64,000 bases of DNA from NCBI RefSeq assembly GCF_018350175.1, contig NC_058368.1:12958001-13022000 (forward strand). The letters are read 5' to 3'. The notes beneath the pieces are model-generated. The model saw nothing but the letters and a program-made list of their open reading frames with translations, was not told the origin of the DNA and made no database searches. Source of the DNA: Felis catus (lineage: Eukaryota). Every line of letters starts with the position of its first letter. Within the stretch, counting starts at the first letter, position 1. Below are positions 1 through 13,369 of this stretch, piece after piece. A program made the position numbers and the translations under genes.

Positions 1-1715
1 ATACTTAAAGACGTATTAACATACAAACAAAACACACCATTTAAAGGCTGCATGTTAATTTCAAGATGTATTAGAACAGTGATAATAAACTTGATTCTAG
101 TGTGGCATTGAATTCTTAATATCAGTAAAGTCACCTTTTTTTTTAACAACCATACTAATTGTTGCTGATTTCGGGATAGCTTTGCAAAGGGAAGAATTGT
201 GACATTTCCATGTTTGAAATAACATGTAGAATCATTGCAGTTCATTGCTATGGAGGCAGTTTATCTTGTAAAGACATTTACAACTCCACTTAGATTCTCC
301 CAAAATGATTTTTCACTTAACAGCCTCTTACCAACTTCAAACAAAAGTGTGCCATACAAAAGTACTGCAACCAATTACAATTGGTGACCTTTGCAGTAAA
401 AATAACCCTGAAAATGTAAGAGATTGTTTTTATGGGTGGTAGAAATGCCTATTCAGGAGCCTCTAAAAAATGCTAAATTTTACTTTGGGTGTAGAAAGGT
501 GCCTGCAAAATTATGCTTCTTGCTATTTAATATATTATCATATGAAAAGGTACTCCACAGGGTTATTGGGAAAGTGCTATCAAACAGTGTTGTAGATTTA
601 TTTAGTGCGACACGTCTCACCTTTAGATATTTTAAGATGAAGTGTTTGTCCTTTCAATTAATCAAAAATGTTGTTCCCTTCCAGTTAGCTAGGTCACTCA
701 GGTCTCTATTCAGTCAGCAGTTTCTCCCAGTTGTTTGGCTGAATTTCCATTACTGAAGAATTAGGTCGGTAATTAAATACAATCTCAGCAAAATTTCTTC
801 AGGCAGTTTATTTAGGTTCTATGCAAAATGGAATCCCTTAGGGACAGGGAATTAACATGTTGTGAAGTATAATTTCAATGAAATCTGTTTAACAGTTATT
901 CTTAAAAGAAGAGCTTGGAGACTTCCCTTGACTTGACTCAGCTTCAATGTCTTTATGCAATTTTTTCCATTTATAGTTCCCATCTTTTATAATTAGATGT
1001 GTTCCTGTATTTTCTGCTGGTTGTCTACATCAATAAGCTACTTTTGTCCATGATTTTATATAAATCAGTATGTCTCCCACTGATTCATATACACACACAT
1101 ACACACATATCCAAATACTTTAAAAAAATGAGACAAAATTGTAAAAGGTTTAAAAAAGTTCTTATGTATTATATATTTATGTATTTTTACTATTTATGCG
1201 TGTATGTGTATGTGTGTGTATATATATGTGTGTGTGTGTCAACATACATATTTTGATATATGTTTTCTATAGTTGTGTCTTAAATTCCTGAGTATTTTTA
1301 TCTGATCTCTTCTTGCAATTGGCAATTTAAATGTCCTGAAATTATATACGAAGTAGGAAACTTAGGATCCAGAAATATAATGAGGGTTGCTGTTTTGAAG
1401 TCACCTCTAAGGTCATTTTATTTAGTCTATTCCTCAAGTTTCCAGCTGCATGATTTCATCATAGAATGGAATTTACAAACTGCCTCCCAGTGCTGTCAGA
1501 TTCTATTATTTATAATAAACTCTTACTTGAGTTTTCAAGAAAGTTTAGAAAATGACTTCCTGGAGGTCCTTAAGGATAGTGTTTCCCGCAGAGGACTTTG
1601 GTTTGTTTTACCAGTTGGTTGATTTTCATGTCTAGAAGTATTTAGAATGATGTTCTATAGTCACAAACTCCTCTTACTGACAGATTATCTTTCGTCACAA
1701 TATTTATGACCACAT

Positions 1716-2311
1716 TGTTATGGACTGAATATTTGTGCCCCCTCCCCCAGTTCATACATTGAAATCTAATTGCCAGTGGGCTAGTATTTGGAGGTGGGGC
1801 CTTTGGGGCGTCATGAGATTGGAACCCCTCAGGAATGATTTTATTTATTTATTTATTTATTTATCTATTTATTTATTTATTTATTTATTTATGAGAGAGC
1901 ACAAGGGGGGAGGGGCAGAGAGAGAGGGAGACACAGAATCCAAAGCAGGCTCCAGGCTCTGAGCTGTCAGACCAGAGCCCGACGCAGGGCTCGAACCCAC
2001 AAAGCACAAGATCATGACCCGAGCTGAAGTCGGATGCTCAACTGACTGAGCCACCCAGGTGCCTCCCTCTGGGATGATTTTAGTGTGCTTTTTAGAAGAG
2101 ACCTTAGAGAGCCCCCTTGTCCCTTTTTGCACGTGAACACACGGCGAGAAAACCGCCATCTGTGAACCAGGAAGCAAGTCCACCAGACACCACATCTTTT
2201 GGCACCTTGATCTTGTACTTGCCAGCCTTCAGAACTGTGGGAAATAAATTTCTGTTTATAAGCCACCTAGTCTGTGATACTTCATTGTAGCAGCCTAAAT
2301 GGACTAAGACA
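1716..2311 (+). mobile_element. MaLR solo LTR (MLT1A-like), interrupted by a SINE
   Basis: Starts TGTTATGGACTGAAT, ends GGACTAAGACA, AATAAA near 3' end; 5-bp TSD CACAT at 1711-1715 and 2312-2316. Confidence 0.9.
1843..2065 (-). mobile_element. Feline Can-SINE (SINEC_Fc-like)
   Basis: tRNA-like head, (CT)n block and A-rich tail on minus strand; TSD CCTCAGGAATGATTTT / CCTCTGGGATGATTTT. Confidence 0.97.
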
Positions 2312-3407
2312 CACATTGATGATTTATGGATGAAAGAAAAAATATATATACACGTAGATGTATATACTTAATACATATATACAGATACGGATCTCAAACA
2401 CAAAATTAGGTGATTAAGAAATGATTTTTATTGTTCCATAAATGAGTTTAATTTCTGTTCAGAGTCCTCAGTCTGCTAGGTAGCAGGTGTTAAGTCTTCA
2501 TCAATTTAGCACCCTTCCCCTCCTCAACCCAAGGCCATGTTCATGAAAAGAGAGAGAGGGTTGAGGGAAGGCAGAGTAGCTTTATGATATTCAGGCATTG
2601 AAAAGGCCATATGCTGCATGGGTCTTTGTGACTGACCTCTCCTACATCAGCTGAGACATTCTCATTCCTGTTGGTCTTGAGTTATTTCACCCAGGTAATT
2701 CCTGTGTCTTCCATTCCAAACATAAGCATGTTCTCAGCCACTGAGGGGTTGTCAGTGCTGAGTCACCTCTTCCATGCTGTTTGCTGCTCTGAAATACTGT
2801 TTCTGGTGCAATGAAGTCATTCATTCTCTTGTCTGACATTGAATGTGCACCCAGGCCCTCTCTGAGACCATGTAAGGCTCTTCTTCTGGATTTCCCACTC
2901 CACTGCTATATCTTCTCTGTTCTCCCATGTATGCTGAGGTTAGGAACACCAGGATCTTGGCAATTTTCAGGGTTCTAGGGGGCATAGAGCACAGATTCCT
3001 TTTGCTCTGTGCCTCCTAAACATCTATCTGGAGGTTTATTAGTTTTTTTCCCCCTCCTCATCCTTATAATTTAGGAAAGGAGATGGCTAAGCATAGGATG
3101 CCCTCTCAAGGATATCATTGTTGTGTCCTCTCTCTCTGTTTCTGTTATTATATCTATCCTCCAGTTCTTGGGTTCTTTACCTGATCCAGTTGAGAAAGGA
3201 GGGTTGGGAGTGACAAGATGGAGGGAATAGCATGACTAGAGATGATGAAGTGAATTCGTGAAGGGTGAATATCAGAAATAGTAGACACTTGAGATTACCT
3301 TGGGGAGTATGGTTGGAGGTCAAGGGGTGAACTGGAGATCTGCTTAGAGACTGATAGGGCTGGGAAAAGACTATAGATTACTGATAGCTTGACCTTTTAT
3401 ACTATAT

Positions 3408-3410
<3 letters not shown>

Positions 3411-3441
<31 letters not shown>
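3411..3441. repeat. Poly(T) run, 31 nt
   Basis: Directly visible. Confidence 0.95.
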
Positions 3442-3444
<3 letters not shown>

Positions 3445-3965
3445 TCAAGGCAATGGGAACCTTTTGAAAATATTTTAGCCGAAAATGGTATAAAAATGGT
3501 ATGGATCCTAGAGACTGGAGATATTTGAAAGGAACTGGCATAGATGATGTGAGTGAGGGAGAACAACTGAACTATGATTCCCAGAACCTAAATTGGGTGA
3601 TGGTGAACTTATTTTATAGGAAGAAGGGGAGTTCGGTCTTGTTGCAGTGGCAGCTTTGGGGGTGTCTGTTGTGCAGCTGGAAATGTGGGAATGGAGTTCA
3701 CAAGAGAGAGAAAACCTAGGCATGTAGCTATGGTTGAAAAAAAAATGAATAATTGATTGTGGTTGGAACTATGGGAAGCGAAGAGAGAAGATAGAGAAGA
3801 TAAAAGATTATCTTAGAATAGTGAGGAATGGCCAGAAACTGAGGGAGAAAGTCAAAACCAGGAACATGAAATGACACAGGATAGAAGGAGAAGGATAGAA
3901 GGTTAGAAGGAGAAGGGTTTCCAAATAGGACAGTGATTACAAGAATCAAATGTTTCAGGAGAATT
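3445..3965 (-). mobile_element. L2 LINE fragment
   Basis: Purine-rich degenerate L2 3' region motifs (AAGGCAATGGGAAC..., GTGCAGCTGGAAATGTGGG..., CAAATG...CAGGAGAAT). Confidence 0.6.
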
Positions 3966-5143
3966 TTACAGGAATATGGTGCTTTTGCTGTTCAGAGTAA
4001 TCCTCTCAACTCAGAACACCTGGAAAGCCCGTGAAATATGCAAAAATATTTCTATAAGCATTGTTGAATTTCAGAGTAAGGCAACTTTATTTCACAGTAC
4101 ATTGAGAGAGTTGCCCTGGAAGAAGTACTTTTTCTCTTTGCACTTACTCACCCTAGTGATGTCTTTAGACTTGAAACCAAAGTGTGTGTTGAATGTGGGT
4201 GATGGAGGAGTGGGTGCTTGGGAAATTACAAAAGTAAACAAAGGAGGAGAAGGTGACGACGTAAAGAAAGAAGTAAACATCTTTGCTAGCTAATTCACGT
4301 CAGCAAAATCTACAGGGGAATGACTTCTGAGGAAGCTGTATCAAGGAGGGAAGAACAGAATCACAGAGTCGACTTAATTTATCAGTGCAGGCATATGCCC
4401 CACGGATTCTGGGTCCTGTGTGCTGGACCAAGCGGCTGGAAGTAGTTCTTAATGTTGATTTGGCTAGTTGAGTGAAAACTGGGTTTCACGGAGATCTAGA
4501 GTAAATAAACGTGATCTGTCAGAAAATAGTGCAAGGTAGCCTGTGTCTACAAAGACAGGAGTCCTTGATTACATTAATCAAGTGTGACTCCTATAGCTAT
4601 AGTGAGTCACTATAGTGAGTCACTCCTATAGTGACTCCTTCCAAGAGGCCTCAGAAGAAACTGTCTTCACCAAGGCCTTGAGTAAAGCAGTGATGAGGTG
4701 AGCAGCTTTGAGAAGCAGTCCAGGGGTTCTATTCTGGAGGCTGCGATGGCAGTGGGAGGTGCTGCAGGAAAATGGACTCATAAACTCAGTGGGGATGGGA
4801 AGCACCCAGATGCCCAGGCCAGGTAATGGTGTTTATTGACAGAGGCAAAGTGGTGTGGTTACCTTCACAGGCAGCTGGGATAATGGCTGACTAGAAGAGT
4901 GTGACTCATACAGATTTTGGAGGTGGATAATTGATCATGGGATACCTGATTGGAAGCTCTCTGTGGTCCCTGATGTATTTAAGTAAAAAATAAAAATATC
5001 TGTAGGTGTGGTGAAAAAAGGCCTGATGAGCTTCTATGATAGAGTAGTGTCTCCTCACCCAATGCCCAGCCCTGAGCCACATCACAGACCTGGAGCCCCT
5101 GAAGAAAGGTGGCTCTGGGACCCCTCCAAAAGGACATACTAGA

Positions 5144-5349
5144 GGGGCGCCCCGGTGGCTCAGTTGGTTGAGCGTGCAACTTTGGCTCAGGTCATGATCT
5201 CACTGTTTGTGGGTTCGAGCCCCACATCGGGCTCTGTGCTGACAGCTCAGAGCTGGAGCCTGCTTCAGATTCTGTGTCTCCCTCTCTCTCTGCCCCTCAC
5301 CCACTCGTGCTCTATCTCAAAAATAAATAAACGTTAAAAAAAAATTTTA
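5144..5349 (+). mobile_element. Feline Can-SINE inserted in ERVL
   Basis: GGGGCGCC head to A-tail; TSD AAAAGGACATACTAGA / AAAAGGACATATTAGA. Confidence 0.97.
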
Positions 5350-5613
5350 AAAAGGACATATTAGAAAGTCACAAACAAGTGTGTACTCTTTATATACTTT
5401 AGGCACTACTTGTTCTTTAAGGGCTCATAGCCATTTACCATTGTAAATGTATAATACCGAGTTACTTTGGGGAGGATTTCACAATGGTTCTGATTCAGGC
5501 TAGTTTCTGGTGACCCCAAATTCCACTAAGGTCTACCAAGAAGAATGGGGTTTGAAAAAGCGAGATAATAGAGTTTTGACTCAGATCCACCTTATCACAG
5601 GTTCAGTGTGTTT

Positions 5614-5700
5614 GTATACATGGTTATATATATACATATATATAGATGTATATATATGTATATATAAATAAATGTAAGGTAAGTATACATATTACATAAA
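5614..5700. repeat. Degenerate (TA)n microsatellite
   Basis: Directly visible. Confidence 0.8.
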
Positions 5701-6920
5701 ATAATATCCCGAGTGATTGGCATATATCTTCATTAGTTTTCTAATCCATTAAGTAGACTGTATGGTAGGAAGGGCCAAGTGGAAGTTAAGCTACAGTATG
5801 AGAAACAAGGCAATGGTTGATGTCCATGGAATTCACTAAATTTATATCTTTATGACTAGAAGCAGTTAGCTTTATGAAATGGTGCAATGGACTATGAGGT
5901 ACTCAATTTTAGTGCCAATGCCTAGTGAAGTTGGATACTGTCTTACAAAATTCAGAATGTGCTCTGAACCGACAACTGAAATATGGTGTTCTTTCTCCCA
6001 TAGCCAGAATGTGCATGTCCAAGAATAATGAACTGGAAGTAAGGTGGATCCTTTACCTAGTATGACTAATGACCCACTTATAAACCTTGTTTTCTGTTCT
6101 GTGACTCTGGATTCTGTTAGTTTACTAATTATCGTACCCCAAGGAGAAATACTTCTTTCAGAGGAAATAGCAATAGTTTTCAACTGAACTGGAAACTAAC
6201 ATTAACCATTTCAGACCACTCATTCTTTTGGGAAAACAGAGGAAAAGGAGGCTCATGGTGGTAAACTGGGGTGATGCATCCTGACTATTGAGAAGAAATA
6301 CAGTTTCACTTACTGAAAAGAGACAGAGATGAGTACAGTTAATTCCCTGGGAAGCATCCTATTACCACTTTATCAAGTTAAACGAGTTACTGAAACACTA
6401 CAAATACCCCTTATTGGCTAACCCACAGGACTGAGATACCCCAGGTGAGAAAGAAGGTTTGTATCATCCATGTGGCTAAAGACCCCATACCAGTGACAAT
6501 GCTGGCTAAAGACGATGGGTAAACAAAATGTGTGATAGAGGGAGAAATCATAACTATCAACTATATATCCTGTGACCACCGTTTCCCTCCTTGCCATGTC
6601 ATGTATAGATTTGTGTATTTTAACTATTTTTTTCCTTTTCTATCTCTTTCCCACACCATTTCTAAATAAATTTTGTTGAATAACTTTACGTCTTGGGTTA
6701 TATGCAGCAGAATATTAAGTAGGCATTAAACAGAAATGGAGGAAAAAAGATTACTCCGAGATCTCAGACTTTGATCTAGAGGCAGAACTAGCAAGGCTGA
6801 AGGTTACCTTCCTTTGTTGGGAGGGAATGAAAATATCTTGATTAAAGAGCGTTCCATGATGAGCAGGAGTATTTGCGAGTGAGGACTGTATGTAGAAATC
6901 CGGTAAGAAGAGCACTGGAC

Positions 6921-7486
6921 TGTGCTGGACATCTGCTATTGCTTGGCTACCTGGCATCCCAACACCCTTCCATTTGTGGGAAATCCTGCAACATTCGAAC
7001 TTTGGTGAACGCAGGCCTCACTTCCCATTATAGAAGCTAAAATGGCCAGACATTCCTGCCTGGCCCCCAGTGCTGGGATAAGCCTCCATTACCTAAGCTT
7101 GAGGAGCGTTCTGGCTTTCCTGGGGTAGGGCACTAAATCACAAAGCTAGTGAAAAAGTAGTAGCACCACTTCCTGGTGCTAGCTTGGGGATTCGTGGAGC
7201 TCAGCAATGGCAGTGGTCAGTGTCAAAATTCTGGAGGCAAGGCCATGAAGTGTCCAGTGGTGGCAACATTGAGCTGTTGGTGGTGGTGGTAATTGGTGGT
7301 CACATCCCGACTGGGTGTTCCTGGGTCACTGTACTGTGGCCCTGCCTGTTTTCTTAGCCTGGGCCCTCTAGCCTTCCTGTTGATTGAGTTAGCAACACAA
7401 TATTCTTTTAATAAATGCCTTGCTGCTTCATTAGGTTAGTGATATTTGGTCTCCATTGTTTGCAACCAAGAGCCTTGACCTTTACA
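6921..7486 (+). mobile_element. ERVL 3' LTR (LTR16/LTR33/LTR67-like)
   Basis: TGT start right after PPT-like ...TGGAC; ends AATAAAT...GTTTGCAACCAAGAGCCTTGACCTTTACA. Confidence 0.8.
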
Positions 7487-9261
7487 AGACTGATTCATGG
7501 ATAACATTTGATTTCTGTCTAGGGACAGTGAACCACAAAAAATCGAGGGCTATATGAAAAATGCTGCAGATTTTTTTTTTATGATTGTTGTTCTTTTTGC
7601 TCATCTACTTTTTTATATAACAAAGTAAAAAGTAGAAAAAAAATGTGGAATAATTTCCACTAATAGAAAATTAAACTCTTCTCAGGGAGGTGTGTTTCTC
7701 TGCAGAGAAGGATACTATTGAATTTCTCTTATGCCTTGTGCCTGCAGAGTTCTGCCTTTGTGTCTCCAGTGTGGGTTATTTGCCCTTCTCATCTTCATGT
7801 GGTTCCACCGCTGGATGGAACTGGCCTGCAGGTGCAGGATAAGGTGAAGTGAGTGCTTCAGATCCTACAAGTAAAGGGAAGAGAAAGAAAAGAATTTCAT
7901 TATCATCTGGCCTTCAGGAGGAGTATCACAAAGGTCAGACCTTTCCGCACTGTGAAGGTTAATCTCCTAGCATGTCTCTTATATCTTAATCTCCTAAATA
8001 ATTTGTATCATCTTTTTAATGTCACATTCTAAAAGGCCCCCCCTTTTATTGTTTAAGCTTTCAGGGGCTCCAGATTCCTCAAGATGGTCGGTACAGAAAC
8101 CCTCCCCCACCCCCCCGCAAAAGTCTGAGAGAAAGAAATACAAAAATCTAACTCTCTCTTTTCGTGATGTTTGCTAGCTTCACAAAGGGAAGGAGTGAGT
8201 CTTTGTTGACAAAATACAGTGAGTGTTCTCATGAACTCTCAGAATTGCCAAGTTCCTGGGATCTGGTTCTTAAATGTATATACTCAGAATATTTTGGTTT
8301 CTATTTTGATTTTGGTGAAAATGTTCTCAAAGGATCTGTCTGGTTAAAAGCAATTAACAGCTCAGTCTCAGACAAAAAAGGCGCTGTCCTTTGTATAGGG
8401 CCAGTGAAGGGCAAAAAGCATCACCTGGCTGTCCTCCTTAGCTTACTTCCAGCACCAAGTGCCTGGGTGGGTGGGCTTATTTATTCTGAAGATGATGAAA
8501 TAGATAAATCCCAGATAAAATAATGGGATTCCTTTAATCCATTTATTTTCTTTTGTGTGTCTAGAATAGGGAGTGCTACAAGGAGGAATCTATTTTGTTG
8601 GAAATTCTAAGACACATGACATCTTAAAGATGGCAAGATAAGAAATAGCTGACATCATGTTTCTAAATATACAACACTGTGCAACAGCTACCTCGAGCAA
8701 AAGCAGAAAGGTTGAGGAGGCAAAATAATGACTTTTAGTTGCTGGAAGGCATCCATGTTCAACAGTCTGTCAGGAAGAGACAGGTGGGGTGGGCTCACCA
8801 CCTGGGGTGAAGGCTGGTACAGGGCTTTTATTGAAATTACTGCACAGGAGCAGAGAAGATAAACACTCAGTGGGTGTAGTAGAACTGCCAGACCATATGT
8901 TTGGCCAGAACTAAGAAACTCCTTCTCCAAAATAAAACTACCTAAGGCAAGCACCGTGTGTTTTAAAAAGTCTTGTGTACTAGGCAAATACATCCCAGGA
9001 TTTAGAAATAAATTTTGTGTGCCGCTGTATCTTTAGTACTAATGTCTGGGGTTTGTGATCTGGCTATATCGTCATTTGAGTTATGGTATGGAAGGGAGAA
9101 TGTAAACTAAATTTTAGAATATAATCTGCATTGTTCCCATTAAAGTCTCTCAGGGCTGGAAGGGACTAACGCATTAACCAGAGTTAAACCCTGTGGTGTA
9201 TGGATAGTCCTGAAAGGTAATGTGACTCATTTAGGGTCCCATGGCTAGTGGTGCCAATCTT

Positions 9262-9307
9262 TTTTTTTCTTGTTTTTTGAGAGAGGGGGCCCAAGTGGGC
9301 AAGTGGG

Positions 9308-9365
<58 letters not shown>

Positions 9366-9550
9366 GAGAGAAGCTGGGCTCACCTGGGGCTCATATTTTA
9401 CCTGAAGCAAGGATCATGCTCACCCAAGGTGGGGCTTATGCTCACCCTAAGTGGGACTTAAGCTCACTGGATGTGGGACTGGAACTCACAACTGTGAGGT
9501 CATGACCTGAGCCATAGTCAGATGCTTAATGACTGACACACAGGCACCTT
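9262..9550 (-). mobile_element. Feline SINE variant with internal ~21-bp tandem units (SINEC_Fc3-like)
   Basis: tRNA head at 9470-9550, repeated GGG(G/A)CT...GCTCACC units, (GA)n; TSD GTGGTGCCAATCTT / GTAGTGCCAATCTT. Confidence 0.85.
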
Positions 9551-9624
9551 GTAGTGCCAATCTTATAATAGGAGCCAAAGTCTTTCTGACCCTCAGTCCT
9601 TTGCTCTTTTTACTAGAGAACACA

Positions 9625-10076
9625 GCTTCCCACTCATATCGCTGTAACAAATTACCACAAACTCAGTGGCTTAAAACAGCACAGTTATTATCTTGCTGTT
9701 CTGGAGGTTGGTAGTCTAAAACCAGTTTCACTGGCTGGGTCATGCTGGAGGCCTGAGGGAAAATCTGTTTCTGTGTCTTTTCCAGCATCCAGAGGCCACC
9801 AGCACTCCTTGGCTTAGGGCCTCTTCCTTGGATCTCTCCACCTTCTTGCTTTTACTGCCCCATCTTCCCTTACTGCCCCTGGCCCTCCTACCTCCCTCTT
9901 GTAAGGACACTTGCAATTACAAAGGTCCCAGCCAGAGAATCCAGAATAATCTCCCATACCCAGATACCTAATTTAGTCATACCTATAAAGTTCAATTTAT
10001 CATGTAAGGGGCCATATTTACAGATTCCAGGGATGAGGATGTAGACATCTTTGGGGGGCCCTATTCTGCCTGTACT
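9625..10076 (-). mobile_element. MaLR LTR (MLT1C/D-like)
   Basis: GCTGTAACAAATTACCACAAACTCAGTGGCTTAAAACA ... GGATGTAGACATCTTTGGGGGG..TATTCTGCC. Confidence 0.88.
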
Positions 10077-11269
10077 CCATCCTACCTCTCATTATCCCCC
10101 TCTCCTGTCTCCTGAAACCAAACAATGTAGAAGGCATAAGAGATTTCTGGGGTTAAAACTATACAGTAAGACTCATGGAACAGTGGGGTGGTTCTCTTCA
10201 CTTGACACAGCATTTTTGCCTCTGTCCATTTCCCTGACCCACAGATAAGTGAAAGGCCAACATCACCCCTATTTTACAGATTAGCAAAGGGGAAGGTTAA
10301 CTTTGTTGCATTGGACTCTGGTCTTGAAGGCCTACCCTGCCTGCATCAATTAATATTGAACTGTACTCAGACTTACAGCAGTATTCAAAGCCCTGATGTT
10401 CCTGATTTTTTTTTGTTAACATTCAGAGCAGGTGGTTTCATTTGTTGTCTAAATCATTTTTTTTTCTTTTATCTCTATGGCAAGAGATAAGAGAACATTT
10501 GCCTAATATCTGTTTGTTTGACTTCATGTCCTTGGGCTGTGCCAATGGGCAGAGTGTATGGTAAAGAAAGCTTATCCATAATCTTAAACATATTATGCAA
10601 GTGGCTGAATCAGAACAGGGAGGTGCCTGTTACCCAAGGCAATGGAGTGAGGAAGCTGTGGGAGAGGAGGAGGCCTCATTAGCAAGAGAAGGTTGTCACC
10701 TTGGAGAGTTCAGTCATTTCTGTGCTTTCCACAGACAGATTAAGCTCGTCACTCTCTGAATTTCTTTATTGGAGAATGATTGGAGAGAGAATAAAAATAT
10801 TTACAAGTTATATGAACTTTACCAATCTCCAAATATTCGGAACACCTGGCATTATATTTTATTAAAAACAAATATAGTAGGCACTCAATAAATGTTTGCA
10901 GAGTGCTGAATGAATGAATCTCATCATTGGTTGATTGATTCTGCATGAAAAATAAATGAAGAATGTTTTCATTTGAGCTTATTGGGTTCCTCTATGTTTA
11001 TTGATGACTTGAAGAGTCATTTAATTTTTAAAGCTGAGCTAAACAAATGTAGGCCATGGTCAGAAATGTGCCAGATTTGGTATGCTTAGGAGACCAAATT
11101 AAGGGAAAATATTTTGCTGGGCTTTGGTAGGGCCTTCGCGAGTGTTTGAAAATAGTCACAAAATTCCTTCTATCAATCCAGAGTCTTAGTGACCAACTCC
11201 TTATACCCAGGCTTCTTCCAGTGGGGTGGGGGGTGGGGTGACGGAGGACAGTGGTCACTGGAACTAAAA

Positions 11270-11470
11270 AATGTTTGAGCACCCATCGTGTCCCAGGCCT
11301 TTTAAGATATGTTCTTTCATTAAACTCTCTCAACAGATCTGTGGAATGGATGTTGCTTCCATTTTACAGATTAGGAAACTTTGAAGGAGGTTAAGAGACC
11401 TTTGATAAACTTGGAAAATCCAAGTATTCCGATGCCTTTGTTTTCCAGTGCTAAATCCAGTGCTCTTTTG
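11270..11470 (-). mobile_element. MIR
   Basis: Core CCATTTTACAGATTAGGAAACT. Confidence 0.7.
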
Positions 11471-11664
11471 ACTTGACTTTGGCTTATTTTTATGCCAAAA
11501 AATTCAGTTAAGTGAAAAGACTAAGAGAATATCCACACGGAGTGTCTGAAAGGAAGGGAGGTCATACATTTCACACATCTTCAAAAGAAGGTTTTATGGT
11601 GACAAACTGGCAGAAGGAGGACTTGACTTTCAGTTTTGCAAAGGGCCACAAAAGCAGGAGCGCT

Positions 11665-11870
11665 ACACCCAGGCACCTAGAATCTCGAGTCCACATTTAC
11701 TCACTAGAGACTTCAAATGGTCCCCTCAGCCCCACCTTTGCTTGCCCTCCTCATCTTTAAGACAGAATGGCGGTGCTTGGGGAGAGTAAGTAGAGTAACC
11801 CATGTGAATCCAGTTTATGGCTCGCAGGAAGTGCTTCAGTCAGTGTGAGTGGTAATTATTTGGGGGAAGT
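11665..11870 (+). mobile_element. MIR
   Basis: Degenerate MIR core CCTCATCTTTAAGACAGAATGG. Confidence 0.55.
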
Positions 11871-12659
11871 CAAAGCCTTGTTCAATTTTTTATTTGTTTT
11901 AATTAGAACCAGTCTTCCTCGAAGCTTCATTTCTCTTTAAATCGTCAAGGATTCTGAAGTTGTAGGTTATTATTTGGGGGATGATTACACATTTTCAAAA
12001 CATCCCATTTTGGGCATTGCTTTAATTTGTGTGCCATCCCTCTCTTTCATACATTCCATCATTCCATTCCACGGCACACTGACTAATCATTGTTAAATTA
12101 TTAACAAACCCAACTGAGGTTTAGCAGCCAGCTGGTTTGGGTTCTGGCCTAGCAGTGCCACTTGCTAGCTGGGTATTTTCTTTCTAAATGTGGGCTCTTT
12201 CCTTCCCTCTGAGGTGCTGTGGTTCTAGAAAGGTCGTGAGTCTGACTGAGAATGACTCAGTCCATGAGGACATATGTGCTCAGAAAATGTCCTTCCAGAA
12301 GGCAAAACTGAATAAAATCTTTTGCTTTAAAAATGGAAGTAGGCAAGGGGACTGGTTTGTCTGTCGTGAGTGTACTTTCGCTGCTATTTACAGCTGTACT
12401 TCCAGGTCTATTCCCTTCCAAATATTTCTCCTGTTTTGTGTCAACTAAAGGTAGAAAACATAGAAAACATGGACCTTCCAGGTGGTATATCGCTTTTACT
12501 TTCATTTCCTTCAGTGCATGGAGCGAGGATTGCGAGGGCCCACCTGTGCTTTTGTTATTGAAAACACAGCAGGGTGTTAGACTTCAACAGAGTCTTCCAA
12601 AAGGCCACAAGATGGGGATGTTACTCTACAAACTTAGATCTTTTAACTTTTTCTACAAA

Positions 12660-13150
12660 TAATTATTGAGTGCCTACTATGTGCTTGGCATTGTGCCAGG
12701 CCCTGGGGCTATAGTGATGAATCAAACAGACCTGGCTCAATGGAGTTTTCAGTATCATATAGAAGGTAGATGTTTGAAGTGTATTTAGCAGTCTACTTAG
12801 TGCCGTGGTGACAGAAATGCAAGGGGCCATAGGCAGGCATGGTAGGGACCCAAAATGCAATTGGAGAAGGGCCTGGACAGAGCTCTTGGAAGACTCCCTG
12901 GAGAAAATAGTGCCTGCACTGAGACGTGCAGAATGACTAAGCACTAGCTTGGAGAAGATTTCTAACCTAGACAGAAGAATGACATGCCCAGAGGCCCAGC
13001 AGAGACGGTGAACTTGGTTCTTTGAAGCAATTGAAAAATGTTAAATTATAATTGAAGTGTAAAAGTAATGTTTATAGACAAGTCTAGGCCATACCATGAA
13101 GGAACATGAAGACCATGTTTTTAGGATGATTTTCGGGTCAATGGGAAGGT
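12660..13150 (-). mobile_element. L2a 3' end
   Basis: TTATTGAGTGCCTACTATGTGCTTGGCATTGTGCCAGGCCCTGGGGCTATAG. Confidence 0.85.
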
Positions 13151-13369
13151 GGTTCCTCTTATTCTGGTTTGTCCACCTGGAAGGCGTGGAAGGTGTTTCT
13201 TATCCTTCTCTGACTGGTACAATCCTTGTCAGGTCTCATTGTACATGTTGTGCTCAGGTCTCATTGTACATGTTGTGCTCTCTAGGAATCCTGATCCTTA
13301 TCCACCAAGACTGGGGTGCTATGGATTCCACAGCACAGTGTATTCTACATCTATCACTAAGGCAATGGT

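Larger units (their letters stand above)
4200..6920 (+). mobile_element. ERVL internal region: gag, protease, integrase C-part and dUTPase relics; RT/RNase H deleted
   Basis: Matches remembered HERVL-type sequence: CTTCACCAAGGCCTTGAG, CACAGACCTGGAGCCCCT (gag), TATGGTAGGAAGGGCCAAGTGGAAG (pol start), CATGGAATTCACT and TCTCCCATAGCCAGAAT (IN), CTGGGGTGATGCATCCTGACTAT (dUTPase); no open frames. Confidence 0.85.

Noticed and set aside
4597..4621. CTATAGTGAGTC x2 equals 12 nt of the reverse T7 promoter
   Set aside because: GTATTA and any vector context are absent; explained by local fold-back duplication.
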